A stretch of 54,616 bases of DNA, filler included, from Sphacelaria rigidula (lineage: Eukaryota), in the NCBI GenBank assembly GCA_964200075.2. It is 4 parts of 4 records of this genome, joined end to end, with 100 filler letters (N's around TTAATTAATTAA, not from the genome) between each part and the next. Parts side by side here need not be neighbours in the genome. Positions count along the whole stretch, not along the records: positions 13,681 to 27,260 come from CAXNAA020002789.1; 3 more parts are not named here. The stretch is one strand, 5' to 3'. Positions 13,581 to 23,989 of the stretch are shown here, piece by piece; position 1 is the stretch's first letter, and every line of letters begins with the position of its first letter. The notes under the pieces are model-generated. The model saw nothing but the letters and a program-made list of their open reading frames with translations, was not told the DNA's origin and searched no databases. The position numbers and the translations under genes were made by a program.

Positions 13581-13680
13581 NNNNNNNNNNNNNNNNNNNN
13601 NNNNNNNNNNNNNNNNNNNNNNNNTTAATTAATTAANNNNNNNNNNNNNNNNNNNNNNNNNNNNNNNNNNNNNNNNNNNN
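13581..13680. other. Artificial assembly linker
   Basis: N44-TTAATTAATTAA-N44, which has stops in all six frames. Confidence 0.97.
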
Positions 13681-14228
13681 TGGGTAGGATGGGGGGGGGG
13701 GTAGCGGTGGTGCATGAATTTCCCGATATGGGGCCCCTCTAGCGGTGTGTTCGTTTGCCGGGGCAGGAGCCACCCAGCAGGAAGTGAGCGTATCTGCGTG
13801 TCAACATATGCATCCACTGACGTCTCACGCAGTCTGAGCCGAGGGGACTGCGTTTTGAGGGCGTATCGATGGCAGGGCCCAAAATCCGTATTTTGCTTCG
13901 TGCGGCTAGCGCACCACGTAAAACGTGCCGCCGCTCCGGGAATATGCTGTCTGTGTTGTGGTCTGTGCCAAGTTTCAGGCTTGTTAGAACAGACACGGCG
14001 GAGAATTCCACAAGCAAAATAACTCTTGGTTTGTACTGAAAATACAGTACTAAACCCTGTTAAACCGTCGAAAGATACATGAGGTGCGTATGATCTTTGT
14101 ATGCGGGAATCTTGGCAGTTGACTTGTTTTTTTTTGGCGTAGGACTGACCTATTGCCCTACTATTATATTGTAACACTAGTCCATTGTACCCCCGCCCGT
14201 CTCCAAATTTTGGAATTATTCATGGTTA

Positions 14229-16817
14229 GACCGACTCTAATGGGAGCCGTTCAAAATTCCTGTTCGAAACTGCCTTTTTGGCCCTTCTCCGTCGTTTTAC
14301 GCCTGAAAAGAGGGTGAGGCGGATGTTGACGCCTTGGAATGACTCGCTCTACTCATTGAGGCTGTTCCAGCGCAACTTCGCATTTCCCTCTGGCCGCACC
14401 TTCATTTTTGGCCAAACACGGATTTTCAACAAAAAACGGTCAAGCGATCAAAAAACAGGGAAGCATTTTGATCACCTGACCGTTTTTTACTGAAAATCCG
14501 TGTTTGACCTCATTCGGCCAAAAACAAAAGTACGGCCAGCGGGAAATGCAAAGTTGTCCTAGAACGGCCTCAACAGGTACACCAATTCATTCCAAGGCGT
14601 CAACATCCGCCTAGCCCTCTTCTTGGGCGTAGATCGACGGAGAAGGGCCCAAAAGGCAGTTTTTAACACAAATTTTGAACGGCTCCCATCTTCGTCGATT
14701 TACGCCTGCAAAGTGAGCTAGGGGGATATCGACGCCTTGGAATGACTTGCTTTACTCATTGAAACCGTTCCAGGGCAACTTTGCATTTCCCGCTGGTCGC
14801 ATTTTAATTTTTGGCCGAACACGGATTTTTAATGAAAAACGGTCAAGCGATCAAAATACTGAGGGAAATTTTCAAGGTTGTGTTCTGTAGGGTACCGTTT
14901 GCTCTGTACCCGGGGTATTTTGCCGGGTATTTACCGTACCCGACAGTTCTGTAACCTCTGAAGACCTTTATACCCTCACCCGATGGTTCTGTAATTCCTG
15001 TAAGACTCCCGTACCGTTACCGGGGGGCACGGGTACGTCTTGATAGGATACCTGATTGCGGATACGGTTTTCTGTGCAACCTCCATACCTTACCCGACAG
15101 TTCTGTGAGTTCTGTACAGAATGTTTACCTGTACCCGGAGCGCGGGTATGCTCTTGAAAAAACACCCGATTGCGGGTACCGGTTTTCTGTCAGCCTCCCA
15201 TACCGTATCCGACAAGTTCTGTGAACTCTGAAGACTTTTATCCAGTACCAGTACCCGACAGTTCTGTGAGCTCTGAAAGCCTCTCATACCCCCACCCGAG
15301 GCCAGGGTATACCGTTATAGATATACCCGATTGCAGGTACGAGCACAGGTATATACCTCGGGGAGGTACGGATATATGTTCAATCCAAACACAACCTCAT
15401 GACCTGTGTATGTACCTCCCACCGATCAACCCGGCTAACTTCTTCATTCAAAACTGCACATCAACAATGATACAATGTTGAAAAGTTCTTTAGTTTGGGA
15501 TCTGACGGGATGCAAGGTACAGCTGAGTGCAAACACGAGACATGAGCAGCCCTGCAGACCGTCAGGATGGATCACTCCCAGACTCGAGTGGTGGCTCGAG
15601 CGGGGGTGGTTCATCTGCGCCACCAGAGGATCAAGTAGCAAGACGCACGTCATCGACGTTGATGGTGGTTGTGCCGTGGTCATCAAACCCTAGACCGTTC
15701 TCGACATGTACAGCACGGAGTATGAGCTGCCACCGAAAGTCGTCAAGGCGGTCGGCGATTTTGTCGCGTGCCGAAGAGCTTCCAGAGAACGAGCGGCCGT
15801 GAATGATCCTTCATGTACTCTCTGAGAGTGTACGTCAAGCCGACATATGTTGACGATCCCATGCACATGTACTACTGCGATTGTTCGTGCAGTCTTTCTC
15901 TATCAACCCCGTGGAGCGGTTCAGAGTTTTCGTGAACTGTTATCTGTATTTCGCCACTGTTGTAGTGACGTAAGTCCCACCACAGGGGTGATGATAATAC
16001 CAAGGTCGTGTTTTGTAGGGTACGATTTTCTGTATACCCGGGGTATTTTGCCGGGTATTTGCCCTACCCGACAGTTTTGTAAACTCTGCGAGATTTTCAT
16101 ACCGGTACCTGACAGTTTTGTAATCTCTGTAATACCTTCCGACCCGTACCCGATAGTTCTGTGAGTTCTGTAAACCTCCCGTACTGTTCCCGGGGGGCAC
16201 GGGTTTGCTGTTGATAAGATACCCGGTCACGGGTACGTTTTTCTGTGCAACCTCCATACCCTACCCAACAGTTTCTGTGAGTTCTGTAAGCCTCCCATAC
16301 CCTTACCCGACAATTCTGTGAGTTCTGTTTAAAAACTTTAACCTAACTCGAGGGGCGGGTGTGCCCTGAAAGAGTTACCCGATTGCCGGTACCGGCTTTC
16401 TGTAAGCCTCCACACCGTACCCGACAAGTTCTGTGAGTTCTGCAAGAGTTTCATACCGGTACCCGACAGTTATGTCAACTCTGCAAGGGCTTCATACCGG
16501 TACTCGGAAGTTCTGTAAGTTCTGTAAGGAGACTCATACCCTACAGAACGTACCCATACCTTCCGGAACACAACCTTGGGAGTTTTGATCACCTGGCCGT
16601 TTTTTACTGAACATTCGTGTTTGGCCTGATTTGGTCAGAAACAAAAGTGCGTCCAATGGGAAATGCAGAATTGCCCTAGAACGGTCTCAACGAGTAGAGC
16701 AAGTCATTCCAAGGCGTCGACATCCGCCTAGCCCTCTTTTCGAGTATAAATCGACGGAGAAGGGCCCAAAAGACAGTTTTCGACAGGAATTTTGAACGGC
16801 TCCCACTAGGGTTGGCC
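14229..16817. mobile_element. Tourist/PIF-Harbinger-like foldback MITE (two palindromic units) with nested insertion
   Basis: TTA on both flanks; ends GACCGACTCTAATGGGAGCCGTTCAAAATT and AATTTTGAACGGCTCCCACTAGGGTTGGCC. Unit 1 (about 14240-14688) is a long imperfect palindrome; unit 2 (14689-14872 plus 16579-16817) is split by an insertion. Confidence 0.8.
14873..16578. mobile_element. hAT-like non-autonomous composite element (two direct modules flanking cargo)
   Basis: 13-bp TIR CAAGGTTGTGTTC...GAACACAACCTTG; imperfect 8-bp flanking duplication GAAATTTT/GGAGTTTT. Modules 14873-15398 and 16001-16578 are rich in TACCCGACAGTTCTGT subrepeats. Confidence 0.75.
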
Positions 16818-16820
16818 TTA

Positions 16821-17294
16821 GGATCATCTTTTATGGCAACGAATCTTGATTTGTAGAAATATAAGGATTTCAGTCCGTCTACAGGCGATTTCCTCCCTTG
16901 GATTGATAATTCGGATCCCAGTCCGTCGAGTAACGTTGTTCAGTTCGCTGTGAGAAAACCCGATCAACTCTCCGATTCTCTGGACGTTCACTTTCCGTTC
17001 ATCACATTTCTGCTCAAATCGGGACACTCCCGCATCTCCGCCGATTTTGTGAAGAAATCGGGGGAAATGCGGGGGAAATGCGGGAGTGTCCCGAGTTGAG
17101 CAGAAAGGTGATGTATCAAATGTCAACGTCCAGAGAATCGGAGAGTGGATCTGGTTTTCTCACAGCTAGCCCAAAAAAAACATTGCCCAACCAACTGGAA
17201 TCCGAAAAATCAACGCACGGGAGAAAATCGCCGGTAGACGGACTGAAATCCTCTTAAATGTACAAATCGAGATTCGTTGCCATAAAAGATGGTC
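16821..17294. mobile_element. Foldback MITE (Tourist-like)
   Basis: Long inverted arms ATCATCTTTTATGGCAACGAATC.../...GATTCGTTGCCATAAAAGATGGT around a centre at about 17065; TTA left, TAA right. Confidence 0.8.
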
Positions 17295-17537
17295 TAATAT
17301 AACTTGCTTTGAATGTGAGCATCTAGATTCGGATCCTTGGTGAGGCTGACAGTCCCGGTGCTTCCACGAGCGCTCCAAAAGCATTTTTGTCCAATACAGG
17401 TGTCGATTTGAGATGCCCTTTGTATCCTCTCGCCTGAGGGTTCTTGGCATGCCTTGGTTTGGGGTTCAGGGGTAGGGTTGACATATGACAATCATGGATG
17501 AGTCGGGGACGAAGGGGGTTGAACCCTCCACGGGAAC

Positions 17538-18030
17538 CGTAGGTACGGTACCGTACCGAGTGTACCCCCGGTATTTACCGGCGTATCTCATACCGTGGTA
17601 TGCGTGGGTATCGTAGGAATGACTTTTGGAAATACCTGATTTAGCGGGGCGGTACGTACTGGTATCTCGAAATACTGTGGTATCGTAGGCATGGTAGGAA
17701 TGGGTTTTGAAAATACCCGATTGGGCAGGTGCGGTGGGTATTGAAATCTCGAAATACCGTGGAATCGAAGGTATCATAGGAATGAGTTTTGAAAACACCT
17801 GTTTTAGCGGGTACGGTAGGTACTGGTATCTCGAAATACTGTGGTATCGTAGGTATCGTAGGTATGGTTTTGAAAATACCTGATTAGGCAGGTACGGAAG
17901 GTATTGAAATCTCGGAATACCTTGGTAACGGAGGTATGGTAGGAACGGGTTTTGAAAATATCCGATTGGGCCGGTATCGGCAGGGTATGAAATGTCCCGA
18001 ATACCGGTACCGGGTACCTGCCTTACCCGC
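17538..18030. repeat. Subrepeat-rich transposon-derived module, copy 1
   Basis: Reiterated TCTCGAAATAC(C/T)GTGGTATCGTAGG...TTTTGAAAATACC units; similar to 19037-19391. Confidence 0.75.
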
Positions 18031-19036
18031 TATACCGACTTCACAACTGTCATCCGGCAGTGCGGAGGAGCGTTTCGGGGCGCAACTTAGCATTTTGTTC
18101 TTCGATCAAAGAAATGGGGCGGTGGAATCGATTCGAGTGACAATCGCTCATTTTTGTCGAGTTGGGTCCAAGCGAATTTCAAGCTTTCGATCGAAACAAG
18201 ACAGTGAAATTATTGAAACGGTACATGATTACTCGCGTAGAGTACAGTCTGTACTGTCCGCACTGCTTGCAAGCAGTGTGTCTTGAGTGGGTGTGTGCGT
18301 GTTTCGTACAGTAGGATTTGAAAGAGAAGTGGGCAACGTGCAGTGCAGACAACCCAGGAGTATCAGTTCTCTCTGCTTACAATGCAGCGTGAACAGGACT
18401 TCAACAACGTACAGCTTTGTACTGCCTGCTCTGTCCATGAGGGTGTACGCAACTCGGTTGCCCACCGCACCACGCAGTTCCGTCGATGATCCCACCACAA
18501 AACAAGATGCGTAAGTTTTCGCCAACGAAAAATAAACAACGGATACCCAACTATTGCAGTGGATATATCCCTGTGCTCAACTCGTACTCGATGCTGCAGG
18601 GTTGCGGTGGTAGCTGAGAATGAGTTGGATGAAGTTTCTATGGTTCTGTGAATGGGTGTTATCTGACATGGTGGTCTGGAAGATAGAAGTCAAGTGCCAC
18701 TTCGTGCCTTGCGACCGCATGCTTTCGATCGAAAAAGCTTAGATTTATTGTTTTGTAGCTTTTCTCCGCCCGCCACTAATTATAAGTTTGAGTTGAAGCT
18801 TTATAAGAACAGATATAAGATGGGCCTATCACATCGAGAGGGAAAAAATCGACCGCACTTCAGACTACATAATAATGAGTTCATTCGAATTGATCCAAAC
18901 GCGAAAATCAGGGGGAATCTGGGTATATATTGCTTGTGAAATCAAGACGTACCTGCTCCGACAACTTCTAGCCTTTGCATAATAAGTTGGGACCAGCTGC
19001 TGCACCGTGAGGAGTGCATCGCGTCCGGTAGTTACC

Positions 19037-19391
19037 GGGTTTACCCCCGGTATTTACCTGAATATCCCATACCGTAGTATGCGTCGGTATCGTAGATATG
19101 AGTTTTGAAAATACCCGATTGAGGGGGTACGGTAAGTATTGAGATCTCGAAATACCGTGGTATCGTAGTTATCGCAGGTAGGTTTTGAATTCTCGAATAC
19201 CGTGGTATCGTAGGTGTCGTGGGTATGGTTTCTGAAAATACCTGATTGAGCGGGTACGATAGGTATTGAATTCTCGAAATACCGTGGTATCGTAGGTACC
19301 ATAGATATCGTAGGTATGGCATTCGAAAATACTCGATTGGGTCGGTATGAGATGTCCCAAATACCGGTACCGGGTACCCACCTCACCTACG
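19037..19391. repeat. Subrepeat-rich transposon-derived module, copy 2
   Basis: Shares TACCCCCGGTATTTACC near its start and AATACCGGTACCGGGTACC near its end with copy 1, in the same orientation. Confidence 0.75.
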
Positions 19392-20556
19392 ATGCCTGTG
19401 AAAGCCTCTTCTATCGCAGCATTCCAGATAGACCGAGGGCCGTTGTTGCCGTATCTTTGTTATAGATGATCGCAAGACTACTTGCTATTTGAATAGCGCA
19501 TTTTGACAATCCTGGAGGTGTGGCACGAATGCAGCACACGTTCGCAATCTACGCCCGACATCATATTTGCCTGGCTTTCCTGGCTGACGCCAGTGCAGCC
19601 GCGACCTTGTGTGCGCTTTTTGATAATCCCTAGCGCAACTTCGAGTGGCGAATAGCAGTGACGCGAGAACACCGCGGAGCGTCTTGTCCTGTATTGCAAC
19701 CCTCAGTGGTTCAGCGTCGGCGCTCTCGCTCGAGCGACCCGCAGGCAAGGAACGGCTGATGGAGTCAGTATCACTAATCATCTCGTTGCACCGCTGCATG
19801 CACCGTGGTGCCAGCATCTTTTGACGGCGTACCGCTGTACCAGTGTATACAAAACTACCATATACATTCGATGCCGACAGTACAGCACCTCTACAGCGCT
19901 TGGCTTCAATCTGTAGACCCTGTAACATGTCATACACATATCCCCGGGGACTGTCAGCCGAAATGTTGTACCGAAACGAGGTCCAGCGCTCAAGGGGCTG
20001 AAAAACTTCAACGTGGGATCGAGGCTGAGTTTACTCTTTTGAGCGTGCGCACCAGCTGCATATCCTGCATTACACTTTGTCATTTTCTGGGGGGCCTACT
20101 AACCCTACAGGGCCTGCAGCTCTCATAGCACCGTGTGAAGGTGATGTTCAGTACTGTTGGGTTGGGTTTTGCGGCAAGAACTTACCAGTCATGATGCGGA
20201 GGGCGAGCAACCAACGTGCTAGCGATCAATTGTGTTTTTTCCTGCGAATCATATCCAGATATTCATGTCTAACTAAGATGCTTTGCGCCAACATGTTGTG
20301 AACCACTCTTTTCTGAGCAGTTCAGGACTCCGATGACTCCGGGAGTAAATTGATCTTGATTCGAGTGTCGAATCTGTATGCAATTTTTATTTTACTTGAC
20401 GTTCTTGTTGAAATCAAGCAAGAAAAGTCTGGCCCCTTCCGGTGTAGGTATTGGGACCCACACACACCTGACAAACAAAAATACTATACAAAAAGGGACA
20501 CAAAGGCACCAATAGGCAACGTGGAAGGCGAGGGACGCGACCCCTCAGTGGCGCAC

Positions 20557-20557
20557 G

Positions 20558-20601
<44 letters not shown>
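20557..20601. repeat. (GTT)n microsatellite
   Basis: About 15 perfect GTT units. Confidence 0.95.
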
Positions 20602-20603
<2 letters not shown>

Positions 20604-20635
20604 CTCCACATCAAAAACCGTCGCGATGTCTGCGC

Positions 20636-20900
20636 AGTACTCTGTACTGGGCACCTGGTGCGGACGCCTTCCGTGGTCACAGGCCAACTACCCCAATAAT
20701 AGAGGAAATTGAAAAACAAAGTAAAACCGGACTCACGAAAAATTCACGCAGACGCGATATAGAAAAAAGTAGTACTCTGTACTGGGCAACTAATGCAGAC
20801 GCCTTCCGTGGTCACTGGCTAACTACCCCGAAATAGGGTGAAATAAAAAATGAAAGAAAAACGGACCCAGAAAATTTCACACAGACACGATACAGAAAAA
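20636..20900. repeat. Tandem duplication, about 134-bp unit
   Basis: AGTACTCTGTACTGGGCA...GACGCCTTCCGTGGTCAC..AACTACCCC at about 20636 and again at about 20770. Confidence 0.8.
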
Positions 20901-20969
20901 AAAGGCAAACGAATCATAGAAATAACAATCAAAATAAAGATGAGAAAAAAGACACTGCTAGCCTCCTAA

Positions 20970-21258
20970 GGCCGCTTCTTATAATAGACAAGAATAAAAA
21001 TATGGAATAGTGCCTCTTTGGAGCTTTTACGTCATCTTACGCCCCAAAAGAGAGCTAGGCAGATTTTGACACCTTGAAATGACTTGCTCTACTAGTTGAG
21101 GCGGTTCCAGGACATCTTCCCGTTTTCCGGTGGCCACAGTTTTCATTTCGGCCAAACAAGAATTTTTGCCCAAGAACGGGAAAAACAGTCAAGTCCAGAA
21201 AAAAATGGTTTTAAATGGTTTTAAATGCTTTCATTTTTGTCTATTATAAGGAGCGGCC
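20970..21258. mobile_element. Tourist-like MITE
   Basis: 22-bp TIR GGCCGCT(T/C)CTTATAATAGACAA; TAA on both sides; interior similar to the 14229 family (ATGACTTGCTCTACT). Confidence 0.85.
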
Positions 21259-21359
21259 TAAGTACCGATACCATTTGCGCACATTCTGGCTACTGGAGGC
21301 AGGGCCCATTGGTCCACTCAGCATGCGAAGCCAAACAGGAAGTGGGTCAAAGTCTCGCA

Positions 21360-21638
21360 GTGCTGTATCCTTGTACCTCAAGAGCGTTGTATCCTTGTAC
21401 CTCTAGAGCGTTGTATCCTTGTACCTCTAGAGCGTTGTATCCTTGTACCTCAAGAGCGTTGTATCCTTGTACCTCAAGAGCGCTGTATCCTTGTACCTCA
21501 AGAGCGTTGTATCCTTGTACCTCTAGAGCGTTGTATCCTTGTACCTCTAGAGCGTTGTATCCTTGTACCTCTAGAGCGTTGTATCCTTGTACCTCAAGAG
21601 CGTTGTATCCTTGTACCTCAAGAGCGTTGTATCCTTGT
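21360..21638. repeat. 24-bp minisatellite, about 11.6 copies
   Basis: Unit GCGTTGTATCCTTGTACCTC(A/T)AGA, head-to-tail, no spacers. Confidence 0.97.
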
Positions 21639-22239
21639 TGCATAACAGGAAATGACATCGCGTAACAACACACCACCTCGTGGGAGGGGTGCATGAAAGT
21701 CGGCAATGAGTAAGGACAAAGAAGACAAGGGGTGATGATGGGGAGTCCTGCCACTTCCGCCATGTTCAGTTCGTTACAAGCTGACTGCGCATTCTTCCAT
21801 CTTCTCCCTGCTCTCTTCGAAGACCCCGCTTAACCTATTGCAGAAGATTTCCGTCCTGTGTAGAAAAAAGAAGGTATCACCTCTTACCACGACTGGTAGC
21901 AGCGTGGTCGGGGGCAGAAGCCGCCAGCAGCTACGAGGTAGGGCAGCAAATAATTTTTATTGGCGGTTTAACAGTTTTGCCCTGCTTGATTTTAGGAGTC
22001 AGGGGCAGAAATGTCGACACGAGATTTATATGACACGCCGAAAGTAGTGGAGATATGCAAGAAGAATAAGGCAAAAAGTTAGCAATGAACTTTCTGGAAA
22101 TGTCGTACTGTAAATAGATGGAAAATAGAAAGCCTGGCAGTTGTCGCGAAGATTTTTCAAGTGGCATGTAGAAGGTCCTAAGAGCTGGGCCAGGAGGAAA
22201 TTCTGCATTTGCATGTCACACCAGAACTTACCAAGTTTA

Positions 22240-23780
22240 CAAGGGCAGGTCGAGTAGAGTATACTCAATACTCAGTATTTTCGAAGAGTTATACTTTTAG
22301 TGCTCAACTTTTGAGTAGAGTATTTGAGGTCGTACTCAATCTACTCAAAATTTGAGTAGAGTATTGAGGTCGTACTCAAGTAATACTCTATTCTCGAGTG
22401 TTACTGAGAGTGCTTACTCAATATTTGAGCAGAGTATTTGAGGTCGTACTCGATCTACTTTAAAAATTTAGGAGAGTATTTGAGGCCATACTCAACCTAC
22501 TCAAAGTTTGAGAAGATTATTTGAGGCCGTACTCGACCTACTCAAATTTTGAGTAGAGTATTGAGGTCATACCCAAGTGATACTCTATACTCGAGCATTA
22601 CTGAGGTTGCTTACCCAATATTTGAGTAGAGTATTTGAGGCCGTACTCGACCTACTCAAAAATTTGCGAAGATTATTTGAGGCCGTACTCGATCTACTCA
22701 AAACTCGAGTGGCGTATTTGCGGTCATACCCAATCTACCCGAAGTTGGGTAGAGTATCTGGGGCTGGACCCGATATACCGAAAACCTATAACTTCAACTT
22801 CAGTATTCAAGTTCGTACGCAATATACTCAAACTCGAGTAGAGGAAATACCGAGGTATCCCCAGAGTTGCCCACCCATGATTGGTGCTGGTTCAAGAATA
22901 AACTTCAGCAAACATTCGGATATAGTATATTCGAGAGAGCATTTGCATCAGAATCAAATGGTACAAAACTAGGGTAGAACGAATATTGGGGTATTGTCGA
23001 AGGGCGTTCGGATTGTACCGTCTAGACTGGCGGGGGTACTGGAAAGCGTAAAACTCATATCGAAGTATTGGACAGTCGAAGTCTTGCACTGTTCATTCAC
23101 CTGCACGCTTTTTTTTTTCTTTTTTATGGTCACGATTCCTCCATACTCCTTGTAGCCTGCAACGTAACGCCACCCATCTCGTTGATGGCCACCGCTCGCC
23201 CATGTATTCAACATAGTCTGTGAAGTGACGTGACGAAGTCGCCGACGGTCACAGATACTCACCATACCCAAGTGATAATCTATACTCGAATATTAATGAG
23301 AGTGCTTACTCAATATTTGAGTAGAGTATTTCAGGTCGTACTCGACCTACTCAAAATTTAAGTAGAGTATGTGAGACTGTACTAGACCTTCTCAAAATTT
23401 GACTCAAGAATTGAGGTTATACTCACATGATACTCTATACTCAGGTATTACTGAGGGTGCTTACTCAAATTTTGAGTATAGTATTTGGGACCGTAGTCGA
23501 CCTCCTCAAAATTTGAGTCGAGTGTTTGAGGCCGCACTCGACCTACTCAAACCTTGAGTAGAGTTTTTGAGGTCATACCGAAGTGATACTCTGTACTCAA
23601 GTATTACTGAGAGTGCTTACTCAATATTCGAGTAGAGTATTGGAGGTCGTACTCGATTCACTCGGATTTCGAGTAGAGTATCTGAGGCCGTACTCGACCT
23701 ACTCAAACTTCGAGTAGAGTAAGTACTCGAGTATTTTACTCGAGTACTCAAAAATACATACTCTACTCGACCTGCCCTTG
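22240..23780. mobile_element. hAT-like non-autonomous element with internal satellite-like repeats
   Basis: Perfect 23-bp TIR CAAGGGCAGGTCGAGTAGAGTAT...ATACTCTACTCGACCTGCCCTTG; flanks CAAGTTTA/CGATTTTA match at 6 of 8. Interior is about 40-bp TACTCGACCTACTCAAAATTTGAGTAGAGTATTTGAGG units around an unrelated block at about 22860-23260. Confidence 0.85.
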
Positions 23781-23989
23781 CGATTTTACCAAATCAGTCC
23801 GACTTGAGTATATCGGTGTGACCTGCAGATCAAGCTGGTAACGCACGGCATTGCCGCTGAAAGAAGAAAAAATGGAAAAAATGTACTGCATAATGTACAA
23901 CCTTACCGACGGAACGAAAAAAAAAAGATACCATCGGGATTCGAAATTGTGACCTCCATAACTGGAGTATCCTGTATCACCTGGATTAC

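Noticed and set aside
13625..13636. TTAATTAATTAA as a biological motif
   Set aside because: It is embedded in N runs identically three times; assembly linker.
20350..20836. Poly-V, poly-Q, poly-L and poly-T ORFs
   Set aside because: Translations of the (GTT)n microsatellite.
21360..21638. CRISPR-like array
   Set aside because: Units are contiguous with no unique spacers, there are no cas genes, and the context is eukaryotic.
22260..23760. CRISPR-like palindromic repeats
   Set aside because: Degenerate tandem units inside TIRs; no constant repeat with unique spacers.
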